Shown one piece after another: positions 29,826 through 41,087 of a stretch of DNA of 64,000 nucleotides. This stretch comes from an uncultured Pelagibacteraceae bacterium (GTDB taxonomy: Bacteria; Pseudomonadota; Alphaproteobacteria; Pelagibacterales; Pelagibacteraceae), in NCBI GenBank assembly GCA_902568235.1, contig CACFPS010000004.1:29217-93216 (forward strand). The letters run 5' to 3'. Numbering within the stretch: position 1 is the first letter of the stretch; each line of letters begins with the position of its first letter. Under the pieces are notes generated by a model. It did no database searches. It was not told where the DNA came from and saw only the letters and a program-made list of their open reading frames with translations. Both the position numbers and the translations under genes were made by a program.

Positions 29826-29854
29826 TTGACACTATTGAATAACTTGTATATTAA
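29826..29854 (+). promoter_or_regulatory. sigma70-type promoter for umuDC
   Basis: TTGACA at 29826-29831 with an AT-rich -10 region (TATATTAA, 29847-29854), directly before the SOS box. Confidence 0.55.
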
Positions 29855-29857
29855 TGA

Positions 29858-29872
29858 GAACAAAATAAGAAC
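29858..29872 (+). promoter_or_regulatory. LexA (SOS) box upstream of umuD
   Basis: Perfect GAAC-AAAATAA-GAAC, 4 nt before the ATG at 29877. Confidence 0.88.
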
Positions 29873-29876
29873 ATTT

Positions 29877-30272
29877 ATGAAGCTAACAGTACCATACTAC
29901 TTACATAAAGCTGGCGCGGGTTTTCCATCACCTGCCACAGACTATATCGAAGAAGATATGGATTTAAATGTCCATTTAATCAAAAATGTTCCAGCAACCT
30001 TCATCATAAGAGTTCAGGGTAAATCAATGGTCGATGTTGGAATTAATGATGGCGATCTATTAGTCGTTGATAAGAGCTTAAAGCCAAAAAACTTTTCAAC
30101 AGTTATTGCAAACGTTCATGATGAACTGGTTGTTAAAAACTTTGTTCAAGATAAAGACAAACAATTTTTAACATCTGGATCTAAAAACTTTGAAGATCGA
30201 ATTTTAATTAACGAAGAAGCAGATATTTTTATCTGGGGAGTTGTAACTTATGTCATCCACTCGGTATACTAA
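29877..30272 (+). CDS. umuD: DNA polymerase V subunit UmuD (S24 autopeptidase)
   Basis: AGFPSPA cleavage site, catalytic Ser in GKSM and Lys in VVK. Confidence 0.92.
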   Translation: MKLTVPYYLHKAGAGFPSPATDYIEEDMDLNVHLIKNVPATFIIRVQGKSMVDVGINDGDLLVVDKSLKPKNFSTVIANVHDELVVKNFVQDKDKQFLTSGSKNFEDRILINEEADIFIWGVVTYVIHSVY

Positions 30273-31530
30273 GAAAATAGCATTAATAGATTGTAATTCT
30301 TTTTACGTTTCTTGTGAAAGATTATTCAATCCTAAAATAAGAAAAAAACCAGTTGTTGTTTTATCCAATAACGATGGCTGCATTGTTTCAAGATCAAATG
30401 AAGCAAAAACTTTAGGAATTAAAATGGGTGAACCTTATTTTAAAGCAAAAAATATAATCATCAAAAACAATGTTAATGTTTTTTCATCAAACTATTCTTT
30501 ATATGGAGATATATCGAGAAGAGTAATGCGAACTCTTAAAAGATTTAATTCTGATATAGAAGTTTATTCAATTGATGAAGCTTTTATAGATTTATCAAAT
30601 TTTCCTGATAATGAAGTTGAAAATGTGGCACAAGAAATTAGAGCAACAGTGTTACAATGGACAGGTATACCAACTAGCATTGGCATCGCTAAAACTAAAA
30701 CTTTAAGCAAAGTTGCAAATCATATTGCAAAGAAAAAACAATCTGGGGTTACCAATTTTATTGGAGTTGAAAATGTAGATCCATTGTTAGAAAAAGTTGA
30801 AATCAATGATGTTTGGGGCGTTGGTAGACAGCTAACTAAGTTCTATCATAAAAATGGAATTTATAATGCCAAACAATTAAAAAATAAATCAAACACTTGG
30901 ATTAAAAAAAATTCAAATGTATTAGGTTCAAGAACAGCTATGGAACTCAGAGGAATTTCTTGTATTGATTTGGAAAAAACAAAATCAAAAAGGAAAAGTT
31001 GCGTTGTATCTCGTTCATTCGGTGAAAGAATTGAAAAGTATCAAGAATTAAAAGAAGCGATTGCAGGCTATTGTTTAAATGCCTCTGAAAAAATTAGATC
31101 AGAATCATTAATTGCAAAATCAATTACTATTTTTATAAGAACTAGTCCTTTTCAAAATCGTTTTGGATATTATTCAAATTCAAAGACTATTGACTTTCCA
31201 ATTGCAACAAGCAATAGCATTGAAATTGTTAAAACTGCTTTAACTGCTTTAGAAAGTATTTTCAAAAATGGTTACCGTTATCAAAAAGCAGGAGTATTAT
31301 TATCTGGCCTAGCAGAGTCTAGTAATAATAAAAATCTATTTTCTTCTGAGAAAGACGGCAAAATAAGCAACTTAATGAAATCTATTGATAGTACTAATTA
31401 TAGGTATGGTAGATCAACTTTAAGTCTTGCGAGTGCCGGGATTCATAAAAAATGGAGTTCAAAAAGACAACACTATTCCAAAATAGATACAGCTGATTTT
31501 TATTGTCTACCAACGATAATAGCAGGATAA
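30250..31530 (+). CDS. umuC: Y-family DNA polymerase V subunit UmuC
   Basis: [46 protein letters not shown]. Confidence 0.95.
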   Translation: MSSTRYTKKIALIDCNSFYVSCERLFNPKIRKKPVVVLSNNDGCIVSRSNEAKTLGIKMGEPYFKAKNIIIKNNVNVFSSNYSLYGDISRRVMRTLKRFNSDIEVYSIDEAFIDLSNFPDNEVENVAQEIRATVLQWTGIPTSIGIAKTKTLSKVANHIAKKKQSGVTNFIGVENVDPLLEKVEINDVWGVGRQLTKFYHKNGIYNAKQLKNKSNTWIKKNSNVLGSRTAMELRGISCIDLEKTKSKRKSCVVSRSFGERIEKYQELKEAIAGYCLNASEKIRSESLIAKSITIFIRTSPFQNRFGYYSNSKTIDFPIATSNSIEIVKTALTALESIFKNGYRYQKAGVLLSGLAESSNNKNLFSSEKDGKISNLMKSIDSTNYRYGRSTLSLASAGIHKKWSSKRQHYSKIDTADFYCLPTIIAG

Positions 31531-31567
31531 TTTTATTTTTTAATTTTCAATCTAACAATGTAAAATA

Positions 31568-31653
31568 TGGTGCGGCCAGAGAGACTCGAACTCTCATGGG
31601 CTAAACCCACACGGCCCTCAACCGTGCCTGTCTACCAATTTCAGCATGGCCGC
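31568..31653 (-). tRNA. tRNA-Leu(GAG)
   Basis: Reverse complement GCGGCCA...CACGG-TT-GAG-GG-CCGTG, long variable arm, GTTCGAG, ...TGGCCGC-A-CCA; 86 nt. Confidence 0.96.
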
Positions 31654-31711
31654 AGTTTATGCGACAGATTAAATGAATGACAATTCTAATTCAAGTTGAT
31701 AAGTTTTTATT

Positions 31712-32701
31712 ATGGAATTTAATGCAGAAGTAAAAACAGCAACAGATCCAATTTATCAAAAAGTTTCCAAAACTATTCCTGAGATTGAGTGGTCAACTCA
31801 TGCTCCTTTTATTTATAAAATTAATAAATTAAAAAGAGAAAAAAATGCGGTAATTTTAGCTCACAATTATCAAACACCAGAAATATATCATGGCATTTCA
31901 GATTTTTCTGCAGACTCGCTAGCTTTAGCAATTGAAGCTTCTAAAACTAAAGCAGACATAATAGTTATGTGTGGAGTTCATTTTATGGCAGAAACTGCAA
32001 AACTAATGAGCCCAGATAAAAAAGTATTGCTTCCAGATATGAGAGCTGGTTGTTCTTTGTCTGCATCAATCACCGGTGAAGATGTAAAAAATTTAAAAAA
32101 AAAATATCCAGGAGTTCCAGTTGTATCTTATGTAAATACATCCGCAGATGTGAAAGCTGAAACAGATGTGTGTTGCACTTCTGCTAATGCAGTAAAAATT
32201 GTAGAGTCATTAAATGTAAAAAAAGTTATTTTCTTACCTGATGATTTTTTAGCAAAATATGTTGCATCCCAAACAAATGTTGAAATTATTTCATGGAAAG
32301 GAACATGTGAAGTACACGAACAGTTTAATGATGAAGAAATAAATGAAATAAGAAAAAATAATCCAGGTATAAAAATTATTGCTCACCCCGAATGTCCACC
32401 AGATGTAATCCAGGCTAGTGATTTTGCGGGTTCTACAAGTGGAATGATTAAATATGTAAGAGATAATCAACCAGAAAAAGTAATGATGGTAACAGAATGT
32501 TCTATGAGCGATAATGTTCAAATTGATAATCCAAATGTTGAATTTATTAGACCGTGCAACTTATGCCCACATATGAAAAGAATTACACTACCAAAAATAT
32601 TAAATTGTCTAGAAAATGAAAGCAATGAGATTATAATAGATGATCTTATGATAGAGAAAGCAAGAAAATCAGTAGAGAGAATGACTGAAATAGGCAGATA
32701 A
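31712..32701 (+). CDS. nadA: quinolinate synthase
   Basis: LAHNYQ, CGVHFMAE, GCSL, YVNTSA, AHPEC, CPHM. Confidence 0.97.
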   Translation: MEFNAEVKTATDPIYQKVSKTIPEIEWSTHAPFIYKINKLKREKNAVILAHNYQTPEIYHGISDFSADSLALAIEASKTKADIIVMCGVHFMAETAKLMSPDKKVLLPDMRAGCSLSASITGEDVKNLKKKYPGVPVVSYVNTSADVKAETDVCCTSANAVKIVESLNVKKVIFLPDDFLAKYVASQTNVEIISWKGTCEVHEQFNDEEINEIRKNNPGIKIIAHPECPPDVIQASDFAGSTSGMIKYVRDNQPEKVMMVTECSMSDNVQIDNPNVEFIRPCNLCPHMKRITLPKILNCLENESNEIIIDDLMIEKARKSVERMTEIGR

Positions 32702-32706
32702 ATTCT

Positions 32707-33543
32707 TTGACCAAAATTCAATTAAGTAAAAATTTTATTAGATCTACTTGTAAGCTAGCCCTAAATGAGGATCTCTTTCCATCAGGAGATATAACTTCAA
32801 ACCTTTTAAAAAATAATCAAATAAAAAAAATAAAGATGGTCAGTAATGAAAAAGGTATTATAGGTGGTTTAGAATTTGCAAAAGAAACATTCAAACTTAT
32901 TGATAAAAAAATTAGATTTAAAATAATAAAAAAAGAAGGTTCTAAAATCAATAAAAGGTCGGTTATTGCAATAATTGAAGGAAATCTAAAAAATATACTT
33001 ACTGGTGAAAGAGTGGCACTAAACTTTGTGTCTCATATCTCAGGTATTGCAACAAAAACAAATAAATTTGTAAATAAAGTAAGAAATAAAACAAAAATTT
33101 GTTGTACAAGAAAAACAATTCCCAATCTAAGAGTGATACAAAAGTATGGAGTAAAATTAGGAGGTGGAACTAATCACAGGTTTAATTTAAGTGATGAATT
33201 CCTAATTAAAGATAATCATATTGCTTCATCAAAAAACTTTGAAAATATTGTCAAAAAAGCAATTAACTCAAAAAAGGGAAGAAAGATTACTGTTGAGGTT
33301 GATAACTTGAAACAGTTTAAAAAAATTTATGGTTTAAAATTTGATAGAGTTTTATTTGACAATATGAATCCAAAAAATCTTAAAGCGGGTGTTAAGCTAG
33401 CTAAAAAAATTTATGAAACTGAAGCATCGGGAGGCATAACTTTAAAAAATATAAAAAGTGTTGCTGCAACAAATGTTGATAGAATATCGGTAGGTGAATT
33501 AACTCATAGCGTTAATTCTTTAGACTTGAAATTAGAATTTTAG
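32707..33543 (+). CDS. nadC: quinolinate phosphoribosyltransferase
   Basis: GDITS, ERVALN, TRKT, HRFNLSD, IKDNH, VEVD, EASGG; TTG start. Confidence 0.96.
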   Translation: MTKIQLSKNFIRSTCKLALNEDLFPSGDITSNLLKNNQIKKIKMVSNEKGIIGGLEFAKETFKLIDKKIRFKIIKKEGSKINKRSVIAIIEGNLKNILTGERVALNFVSHISGIATKTNKFVNKVRNKTKICCTRKTIPNLRVIQKYGVKLGGGTNHRFNLSDEFLIKDNHIASSKNFENIVKKAINSKKGRKITVEVDNLKQFKKIYGLKFDRVLFDNMNPKNLKAGVKLAKKIYETEASGGITLKNIKSVAATNVDRISVGELTHSVNSLDLKLEF

Positions 33544-33559
33544 TCTCTCAATAGTTTTC

Positions 33560-36217
33560 CTATTTTTTTAGTTGAGCCTGTGCTGCTGCTAATCTTGCTA
33601 CGGGAACTCTGTAAGGAGAACAAGAAACATAATCTAATCCAGTTTTAGCACAAAACTCTATGCTTTTTGGATCTCCACCATGTTCTCCACATATGCCTAA
33701 CTTAATTTTTTTATTTTGCTTTTTTCCTCTTGAGGTTGCTATTTCAATCAAATCGCCAACCCCATCATCAATTGATATAAATGGATCAATATCAAAAATT
33801 TTGTTTTCTATGTAATCATTTAAAAATTTTCCACTGTCATCTCTACTAATACCAAATGTAGTTTGAGTTAAATCATTTGTTCCAAAACTAAAAAATTCTG
33901 CGTGTTTTGCTATATCTTTTGCTTTAAGTGCTGCTCTTGGAAGTTCAATCATTGTACCAACTAAAAACTCTATCTTAGTTTTGTTTTCATTTTGTACTTT
34001 TCTTGCAACTCTAATTACTAAATCTTTCATTAATTTTATTTCAGCTTCGGTTGATACAAGTGGAATCATTATTTCTGGAATAATTGATTTGATTTTTTTA
34101 TTTTTACATTCTACTAATGCTTCAAATATAGCTCTCGTTTGCATCTCATATATTTCTGGAAAAGAAATACCTAGTCTACAACCTCTATGACCTAACATTG
34201 GATTGTGCTCATGCAATTCGTTTATTCTTCCCTCTACTTCTTTAATTGGAAGATTTAAAGATTTTGCCACTTCACTTATCTCATTTCCATTTTTTGGTAA
34301 AAATTCATGCAATGGTGGATCTAAGAGTCTAACTGTAACTGGCAAACCATTCATAATTTTAAATATTTCTATAAAATCCTTTTTTTGGTGAGGTAATAAT
34401 TTGTTCAAAGCTTTAGCACGATCTTCAACTGTTTTTGACAATATCATCTCTCTTACTGATAAAATTCTTTCCTCATCAAAAAACATGTGTTCTGTTCTAC
34501 ATAATCCAATTCCCTCTGCGCCAAATTCTCTTGCTACTTTACTATCTGAAGGTGTTTCGGAGTTTGTTCTTACTTTTAATTTTCTAAAGTTATCTGCCCA
34601 TTTCATTAATTTTGAAAAATCTCCTGAAATTTCTGGTTTTACTGTTTTAACTTCCCCAAGAATAATTCTACCTGAGGATCCATCAATTGTTATTAAATCT
34701 CCTTCTTTTACCTCAACATCTTTTGTCTTAAATAACTTATTTTGGTAATCAATTTCTATTTCACTTGAACCTGATACACATGGTCTACCCATGCCTCTTG
34801 CAACAACCGCTGCATGACTAGTCATTCCACCTCTTGCAGTTAAAATTCCTTTAGCAGCATGCATTCCATGTATGTCTTCTGGAGAAGTTTCAATTCTTAC
34901 TAAAATTGTATTTTGCATCATTCCATTAAGCCTTTCTGCTTCATCTGAAGTAAATACAATTTTCCCACTCGCTGCACCTGGTGATGCTGGCAAACCTTTG
35001 GCTATTATTTTTATATTACTTTTTTCATCTAAAGTTGGATGCAGTAAAGTATCTAATGAACTTGGTTCAATTCTCATAACAGCAGTTTTTTTAGAAATTA
35101 ATTTTTCGTTCACCATATCAACAGCTATTTTTACTGCTGATTTTGCGGTGCGTTTTCCAGATCTAGTTTGTAACATCCACAGTTTTTTATTTTCAACTGT
35201 AAACTCAACATCTTGCATATCTTTGTAATGTTTTTCTAATTTTAATAATATTTTTTTTAATTTTTTAAATACTGATGGCATTAACTCCTCTAAAGACGAT
35301 AAATTTTCTTTTGCTTCTAGTCTAGCCTTTTTGGTTATATTTTGAGGTGTCCTTGTGCCTGCTACTACATCTTCACCTTGTGCATTAATTAAATATTCAC
35401 CATAAATATGGTTACTTCCATCTGATGGATTTCGTGTAAATACCACTCCAGTAGCACAATCATTTCCCATATTGCCAAATACCATAGATTGAACATTCAC
35501 TGCTGTTCCCCAATTAGAAGGAATTTGATTTAATTTTCTATAAACTTTTGCCCTATGGCTTTCCCAAGATAAAAATACTGCACTTATTGCTCCATTTAAT
35601 TGTTCTTTAACATCTTGTGGAAAGTCTTTTTTTGTTTTTTGTTTAACAATATTTTTAAAATCATTTATTAAACCATCCCAATCACTTTCAACAAGATCTG
35701 TATCTAACAGTACACCTTTTGTTAATTTATAGTTCTCAATTAATTCTTCAAAGTTGTAGCTTTCAATGCCTAATACAACATTAGAATACATTTGAATAAA
35801 TCTTCTATAACTATCTTTGGCAAATCTTAAATTAGATGTTTTTTTTGCAAGAGCAATTACTGTTTGATCATTAAGTCCAAGATTCAAAATAGTATCCATC
35901 ATTCCAGGCATTGAAACTCTTGCACCAGATCTTACTGAAACTAACAGTGGATTTTTTAAATCTCCAAATTTTTTTCCAGTTTCTTTTTCAATATTTTTTA
36001 TTTCATTATTAACTTCTTTTTTAACTTTAGAGACTAATTTTTTCTTATTTTTATAAAATAAATCGCATGCTTCTGCTGATATTGTAAAACCTGATGGTAC
36101 AGGCATTCCCAATTTACCCATCTCAGCTAAATTTAAACCTTTGCCACCAAGAATATTTCTTGGATATTTTAACTTTTTTATATCTTTTGATTTAAAGTTA
36201 AATACTAATTTTTTCAT
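33560..36217 (-). CDS. ppdK: pyruvate, phosphate dikinase
   Basis: LGGKG, SVRSGA, GGMTSHAAVVAR, GIGLCRTEHM, SFGTNDLTQ, GICGEHGG. Confidence 0.99.
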   Translation of the reverse strand: MKKLVFNFKSKDIKKLKYPRNILGGKGLNLAEMGKLGMPVPSGFTISAEACDLFYKNKKKLVSKVKKEVNNEIKNIEKETGKKFGDLKNPLLVSVRSGARVSMPGMMDTILNLGLNDQTVIALAKKTSNLRFAKDSYRRFIQMYSNVVLGIESYNFEELIENYKLTKGVLLDTDLVESDWDGLINDFKNIVKQKTKKDFPQDVKEQLNGAISAVFLSWESHRAKVYRKLNQIPSNWGTAVNVQSMVFGNMGNDCATGVVFTRNPSDGSNHIYGEYLINAQGEDVVAGTRTPQNITKKARLEAKENLSSLEELMPSVFKKLKKILLKLEKHYKDMQDVEFTVENKKLWMLQTRSGKRTAKSAVKIAVDMVNEKLISKKTAVMRIEPSSLDTLLHPTLDEKSNIKIIAKGLPASPGAASGKIVFTSDEAERLNGMMQNTILVRIETSPEDIHGMHAAKGILTARGGMTSHAAVVARGMGRPCVSGSSEIEIDYQNKLFKTKDVEVKEGDLITIDGSSGRIILGEVKTVKPEISGDFSKLMKWADNFRKLKVRTNSETPSDSKVAREFGAEGIGLCRTEHMFFDEERILSVREMILSKTVEDRAKALNKLLPHQKKDFIEIFKIMNGLPVTVRLLDPPLHEFLPKNGNEISEVAKSLNLPIKEVEGRINELHEHNPMLGHRGCRLGISFPEIYEMQTRAIFEALVECKNKKIKSIIPEIMIPLVSTEAEIKLMKDLVIRVARKVQNENKTKIEFLVGTMIELPRAALKAKDIAKHAEFFSFGTNDLTQTTFGISRDDSGKFLNDYIENKIFDIDPFISIDDGVGDLIEIATSRGKKQNKKIKLGICGEHGGDPKSIEFCAKTGLDYVSCSPYRVPVARLAAAQAQLKK

Positions 36218-38281
36218 TTAAGCTTCTATTTTAGAAAAATTAAAATAATTTTCGAAGCTTTTACATAACATTTGCAAAAGTTCCAGTCTGTTTTTTTTTA
36301 TTATTTCATCTTCATCATTAACAATAACGTTATCAAAAAATTCATTAACTTGAATTTTTGTATCTGATAAAATTTTAAGGATTTCTTCATGATTATCTTC
36401 CTTATCAGCATTTGAAAAATTGCTCTTTATATGTTGTATTTTTTTGTAAAGATTTTTTTCATAATCATTTTTAAATAAACCTGGGTCGGCTGAGCCTACA
36501 AATTTTGAGACATCTTGTTTCTCATTATTTAAAATATTTGATGATCTTTTATAAATTGTAATTACATCAATGACGAAATCTTTATTTATGTTCTTATTTA
36601 GGTATAAAGATTTTTTATAAATTTTTACTATATCATCTAGCCCAAAAGATGAAGTGGAGCTTTCGATGATATCATGTCTAATTTTTTTTTCTTTAAGATA
36701 ATTTTTTAATCTATCTAAAATAAATTCACTAATTTCTTTTTGAATTTTCTTTGAATCAAACTTATGCCCTTGGTCTTTATAAAACATACATGAGTAATTT
36801 AATAAATCTCTTAACTTAAATTTTTTATCATTTTCTACAATCAATCTAACTATGCTTATCGCCATTCTTCTAAGTGCATAAGGATCTTTTGAACTGGTTG
36901 GTTTTAAACCTAATCCAAAAAAACCAACTAACGAATCTAATTTATCGCTTAGTGATAGTGCAATGCTGTATGGTTTTTTTGGTATTTGGCTATCCGTGCC
37001 AATTGGCAAATAGTGTTCTGTCACTGCTTGGCTAATTTCTTGATCAAAGCCTTGGTATTGAGCAAAATGTCCTCCCATCACTCCTTGTAATTCAGGAAAT
37101 TCGTTGACTAGGTCTGACATTAAATCAACTTTGCAAATCGAAGATGCTATTTCTATTTTGTCTTTGCTAATTAGCAATTCATCAGATATTAATGCACTCA
37201 ATTTTCTCATTCTTTGAACTTTGTCTAAGTAAGTGCCCAGCCCTTTAAAATAATTAATATTTTTTAAGTTAGTCACTTGTTTTACTAAATTCTGAGATCT
37301 ATTTTTGTTCCAAAAAAACTCTGCATCGCTTAATCTCGCTTCTATAACTCTTTCGTTTCCAAGTTTTACAAAGCCTTTTTGATCTTTTATATCTGCCACA
37401 ACTAAAAACATATTCGTCAGTTTTTCTTTTTTGTCAAAAGTAGGAAAATATTTTTGATGATTTTGCATTGTAATGATTAATATTTCTTTAGGAATATTTA
37501 AAAAACGCTTATCAAATTCACAAATTAAAACTTTTGGTTTTTCAACTATATTTGAAATTTCCTCTAATAATCTTTCATTTAAATTAATTTTAATATTTTT
37601 TTTTATTGAATATTTTTTAATTTCATTTCTTATTGATTCTTTTCTTTTATCCTGATCTATAATAATTCCTTTTTTTTTAAAAAATTTATTGTAAGATTTA
37701 AAATTGCTAAATAGTTTCTCATTTTCCTCTAACTCCTTATTTAAAAATGTTTTATTTGAACTTTTTAGATGATTCATATTGAATTCTAATATTTTACCAT
37801 CAAATACCGCTAGAATAGATTTTAATGGCCTACCCCAGTAAAGATCATGTTCTCCCCATTTCATTGATTTTTTCCATGAAATTTTCCTTAATAAATTTGG
37901 TAAATTTTTTTTAAATAAATCAAAAATTTTAATTTTCTGCGAAGGCTTTTCGTAAAAGTAAAATTCTCCTTTTTCAGTTTTCTTTTTATAAATTTGATTT
38001 TTTTGAATATTGTTGGACTTTAAAAAACCTTCTAACGCTCTCTCGGGGGCTTCCGTGTTGGGCCCTCTAATTTCTTCTGCTTTTTTAACGATTTCTTTTG
38101 TTAATTTATCAATGTTAATAACCAGCCTATTGGGCGTTGAATAAACTTTAAAATTACCTTTAGTAATAATCTCATTTTCTTCAAAAAAAATTTTAAAAAT
38201 TTGAAGCACTTCTTTTCTTGCATTTATTTGTAGTTTTGCAGGAATCTCTTCGCTAAATAATTCTAAAAACAATTCAGACAT
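36218..38281 (-). CDS. glyS: glycine--tRNA ligase beta subunit
   Basis: LELFSEEIPA, KSMKWG, EFPELQG, SKDPYALRR, NRL.LL. Confidence 0.97.
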   Translation of the reverse strand: MSELFLELFSEEIPAKLQINARKEVLQIFKIFFEENEIITKGNFKVYSTPNRLVINIDKLTKEIVKKAEEIRGPNTEAPERALEGFLKSNNIQKNQIYKKKTEKGEFYFYEKPSQKIKIFDLFKKNLPNLLRKISWKKSMKWGEHDLYWGRPLKSILAVFDGKILEFNMNHLKSSNKTFLNKELEENEKLFSNFKSYNKFFKKKGIIIDQDKRKESIRNEIKKYSIKKNIKINLNERLLEEISNIVEKPKVLICEFDKRFLNIPKEILIITMQNHQKYFPTFDKKEKLTNMFLVVADIKDQKGFVKLGNERVIEARLSDAEFFWNKNRSQNLVKQVTNLKNINYFKGLGTYLDKVQRMRKLSALISDELLISKDKIEIASSICKVDLMSDLVNEFPELQGVMGGHFAQYQGFDQEISQAVTEHYLPIGTDSQIPKKPYSIALSLSDKLDSLVGFFGLGLKPTSSKDPYALRRMAISIVRLIVENDKKFKLRDLLNYSCMFYKDQGHKFDSKKIQKEISEFILDRLKNYLKEKKIRHDIIESSTSSFGLDDIVKIYKKSLYLNKNINKDFVIDVITIYKRSSNILNNEKQDVSKFVGSADPGLFKNDYEKNLYKKIQHIKSNFSNADKEDNHEEILKILSDTKIQVNEFFDNVIVNDEDEIIKKNRLELLQMLCKSFENYFNFSKIEA

Positions 38282-38282
38282 T

Positions 38283-39164
38283 TTAATTTTGACTTTCAAG
38301 CCAAACTTTTCCTATTTCTCTGGTCAAATCTCTAATTCTTGCAATATATTCAGCTCTTCTAGCAACGCTAATTACACCTCTTGCATCTAAAATATTAAAC
38401 ACATGACTAGATTTTAAACACTGATCATAAGCAGGTAATGAAACTTTTTTTTCTATTAAAGACTTAGCTTCTTGCTCTAACATATCGAATATTTTGAATA
38501 AATTTTCTGTATTAGCATGCTCAAAATTATACGCAGAAAATTCTTTCTCAGATTGATGAAAAATATCTTTGTACAATATCCCTTCATTGTTCCATACTAA
38601 ATCAAAAACATTTTTCTTATTTTGAGTAAACATGCATAATCTTTCTAAACCATACGTAATTTCTACTGAAATTGGACTACATTCAATACCAGCCATTTTT
38701 TGAAAATACGTAAACTGTGTGATTTCCATTCCATCACACCATACTTCCCATCCTAATCCTGCGGCTCCAAGCGTTGGGCTTTCCCAATCATCTTCAACAA
38801 ATCTTATATCATGTTCTTCATAATTAATTCCAATTGTAGCCAAACTTCTTAGATATATTTTTTTTATATTTTTCGGCGACGGTTTGATTAATACCTGAAA
38901 TTGATAATAATGTTGTAATCTATTCGGATTATCTCCATACCTTCCATCTGTCGGTCTTCTTGATGGTTGTACATAAGCAGTTTTCCAAGACTTTTCTCCT
39001 AATGTCCTAAGCGTAGTAGCTGGATGAAAAGTTCCAGCTCCAATCTCTAAGTCGTAGGGTTGAAGAATTACACATCCTTGTTTAGACCAATATTTTTGTA
39101 AATTTAGAATTGTATCCTGAAAAGAAATTATTTCTGCTTTTTTACTTTTTTTTTTAGAGACCAT
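38283..39164 (-). CDS. glyQ: glycine--tRNA ligase alpha subunit
   Basis: [40 protein letters not shown]. Confidence 0.99.
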   Translation of the reverse strand: MVSKKKSKKAEIISFQDTILNLQKYWSKQGCVILQPYDLEIGAGTFHPATTLRTLGEKSWKTAYVQPSRRPTDGRYGDNPNRLQHYYQFQVLIKPSPKNIKKIYLRSLATIGINYEEHDIRFVEDDWESPTLGAAGLGWEVWCDGMEITQFTYFQKMAGIECSPISVEITYGLERLCMFTQNKKNVFDLVWNNEGILYKDIFHQSEKEFSAYNFEHANTENLFKIFDMLEQEAKSLIEKKVSLPAYDQCLKSSHVFNILDARGVISVARRAEYIARIRDLTREIGKVWLESQN

Positions 39165-39963
39165 ATCTCTGCCAGATTGATCTTTCTTCTAAAATGCTTA
39201 TCAGCTTATCAGCATGGTCTTGGGATGATGAAAGTTTCTTAGCTAACCAACCTTTTGGTTTACCAAATTTTTTAATTTCAACTTCATCCCCAAATTTTTC
39301 TCTTAAAATTTGATCTGCATTTCCTAATCCATCGATCAATCCTAGTTCTTTAGCTTTTTTACCTGTCCAAAACTCACCTGAAAATAATTCTATACCGCTA
39401 TTTTTTTTTAGCTTAGAACCTCTACTTTCTTCAACCACATCTATAAAGTCTTGATGAAGTTCCAGTTGAATATTTTTTAATCTATTAATATCTTCTTCTT
39501 TTTCGTCTAAAAAAGGATCTAAAGTACTTTTGTTTTTTCCTGCAGTATAAACTCTTCTTTGAACTCCAATTTTTTCAATTAAATTTTTAAATCCAAATGA
39601 TGCTGAAATAACCCCAATTGATCCAATTATTGAACTTGAATTTGCATAAATTTCATCACCTGAACAAGCAATTAAATATCCCCCCGAAGCCGCCACATCC
39701 TCTGCAAAAATAATTACTTTTTTTTTATTTTTTTTTGCTTGTTCTCTAATAAATTTATAAATCAAATGAGATTGAACAGGGGAGCCTCCTGGAGAATTAA
39801 TTGTGATTGCTACTGCTAAAGCCTTTTTTACCGAAAAAGCTTTTTTTATAATATCTTCTTGGCCAGAGTATTCTATCCCTTGCCTAAATTTCCCCAAGTT
39901 TCCAATAACTCCTGTTAATCTAAGATGACTTACAACTTTTTTTTTTTTGAAAATAGAGAACAT
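39154..39963 (-). CDS. S49 family signal peptide peptidase (SppA/SohB-like)
   Basis: [27 protein letters not shown]. Confidence 0.92.
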   Translation of the reverse strand: MFSIFKKKKVVSHLRLTGVIGNLGKFRQGIEYSGQEDIIKKAFSVKKALAVAITINSPGGSPVQSHLIYKFIREQAKKNKKKVIIFAEDVAASGGYLIACSGDEIYANSSSIIGSIGVISASFGFKNLIEKIGVQRRVYTAGKNKSTLDPFLDEKEEDINRLKNIQLELHQDFIDVVEESRGSKLKKNSGIELFSGEFWTGKKAKELGLIDGLGNADQILREKFGDEVEIKKFGKPKGWLAKKLSSSQDHADKLISILEERSIWQRYGL

Positions 39964-40073
39964 ATTCAATGCTTATAAAATTTTTAATTATTAATAAAGC
40001 CTACTTATAGTTGAAGAATAAGGTGCGTCAATTGATAAGTATATTAATAAATTTAATATAATACTTTTATTAA

Positions 40074-41087
40074 ATGGGAACTGTAATTCAACTTAAAGAA
40101 CAAATAAATAATTCATATTCTGAACTAGTAAATTCTGTAGAAGATAAACTAATACTTGTAGAGGAAAAAATTACAGCAAAATTGATGAGCAAAGTAGACC
40201 TGGTTAACAAAATGAGCGGATATCATTTGAAAACTGGTGGAAAAAGATTAAGAGCTCTTTTGACTTTAGAAAGTGCAAAACTTTGTGAATATAAAAAAGG
40301 TGGCAGAGATATTAACTTAGCGGCCTGCGTAGAATTAATTCATGCGGCAACTTTAATGCATGATGATGTAATAGATAATGCCGAAATTAGAAGAGGAAAA
40401 AAAACATTAAACTCTATATGGGGGAATCAGTCTTCTATTTTAGTTGGCGATTATTTATTAAGCAGATGTTTTGAAATGATGGTAGATGATGGTAATTTAG
40501 AAGTACTTAGACTTTTATCTTCCACATCTTCTGAGATAGCTCAAGGCGAAGTTTTGCAACTACAACATAAAGGTGAAATAGATATTCTTGAGGAGACTTA
40601 CTTTAAAATTATTTCATCCAAAACAGCCTCTCTATTTGCTGCAGCTACCAAGGTTGGTGCCATATTGGCTGAAAAAGATTTAAAACATAAAGAAGCATTA
40701 GAATTTTATGGAAAAAACCTTGGACTAACGTTTCAAATAGCAGATGATGCACTTGATTATAATTCTGAAATAAAATTTTTTGGAAAAAAAATTGGCAATG
40801 ATTTTTTTGAAGGAAAAGTAACTCTTCCAATTATATTGCTTTATCAAAAAATTTCTAATTCTGAAAAAAACGAAATAAAAAATTTATTTAATAAAGACAA
40901 AAGAAATGATGATGATTTTAACTATATTTTAAAATTAATTAAAAAAAACGATATAATTAATGATTGTTATAAAAAGGCAGAACATTTTATCAATTTGGCA
41001 TCTAGCTCTCTTAGCGTTTTTAAAGAATCAGAAGAAAAAAATATTTTAAAAAATCTTACTTCTTTTAGTATAAAAAGAAACTTTTAA
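40074..41087 (+). CDS. ispB: long-chain polyprenyl diphosphate synthase
   Basis: GGKRLR, HDDVID, RRG, FQIADD, EGKVTLP. Confidence 0.92.
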   Translation: MGTVIQLKEQINNSYSELVNSVEDKLILVEEKITAKLMSKVDLVNKMSGYHLKTGGKRLRALLTLESAKLCEYKKGGRDINLAACVELIHAATLMHDDVIDNAEIRRGKKTLNSIWGNQSSILVGDYLLSRCFEMMVDDGNLEVLRLLSSTSSEIAQGEVLQLQHKGEIDILEETYFKIISSKTASLFAAATKVGAILAEKDLKHKEALEFYGKNLGLTFQIADDALDYNSEIKFFGKKIGNDFFEGKVTLPIILLYQKISNSEKNEIKNLFNKDKRNDDDFNYILKLIKKNDIINDCYKKAEHFINLASSSLSVFKESEEKNILKNLTSFSIKRNF

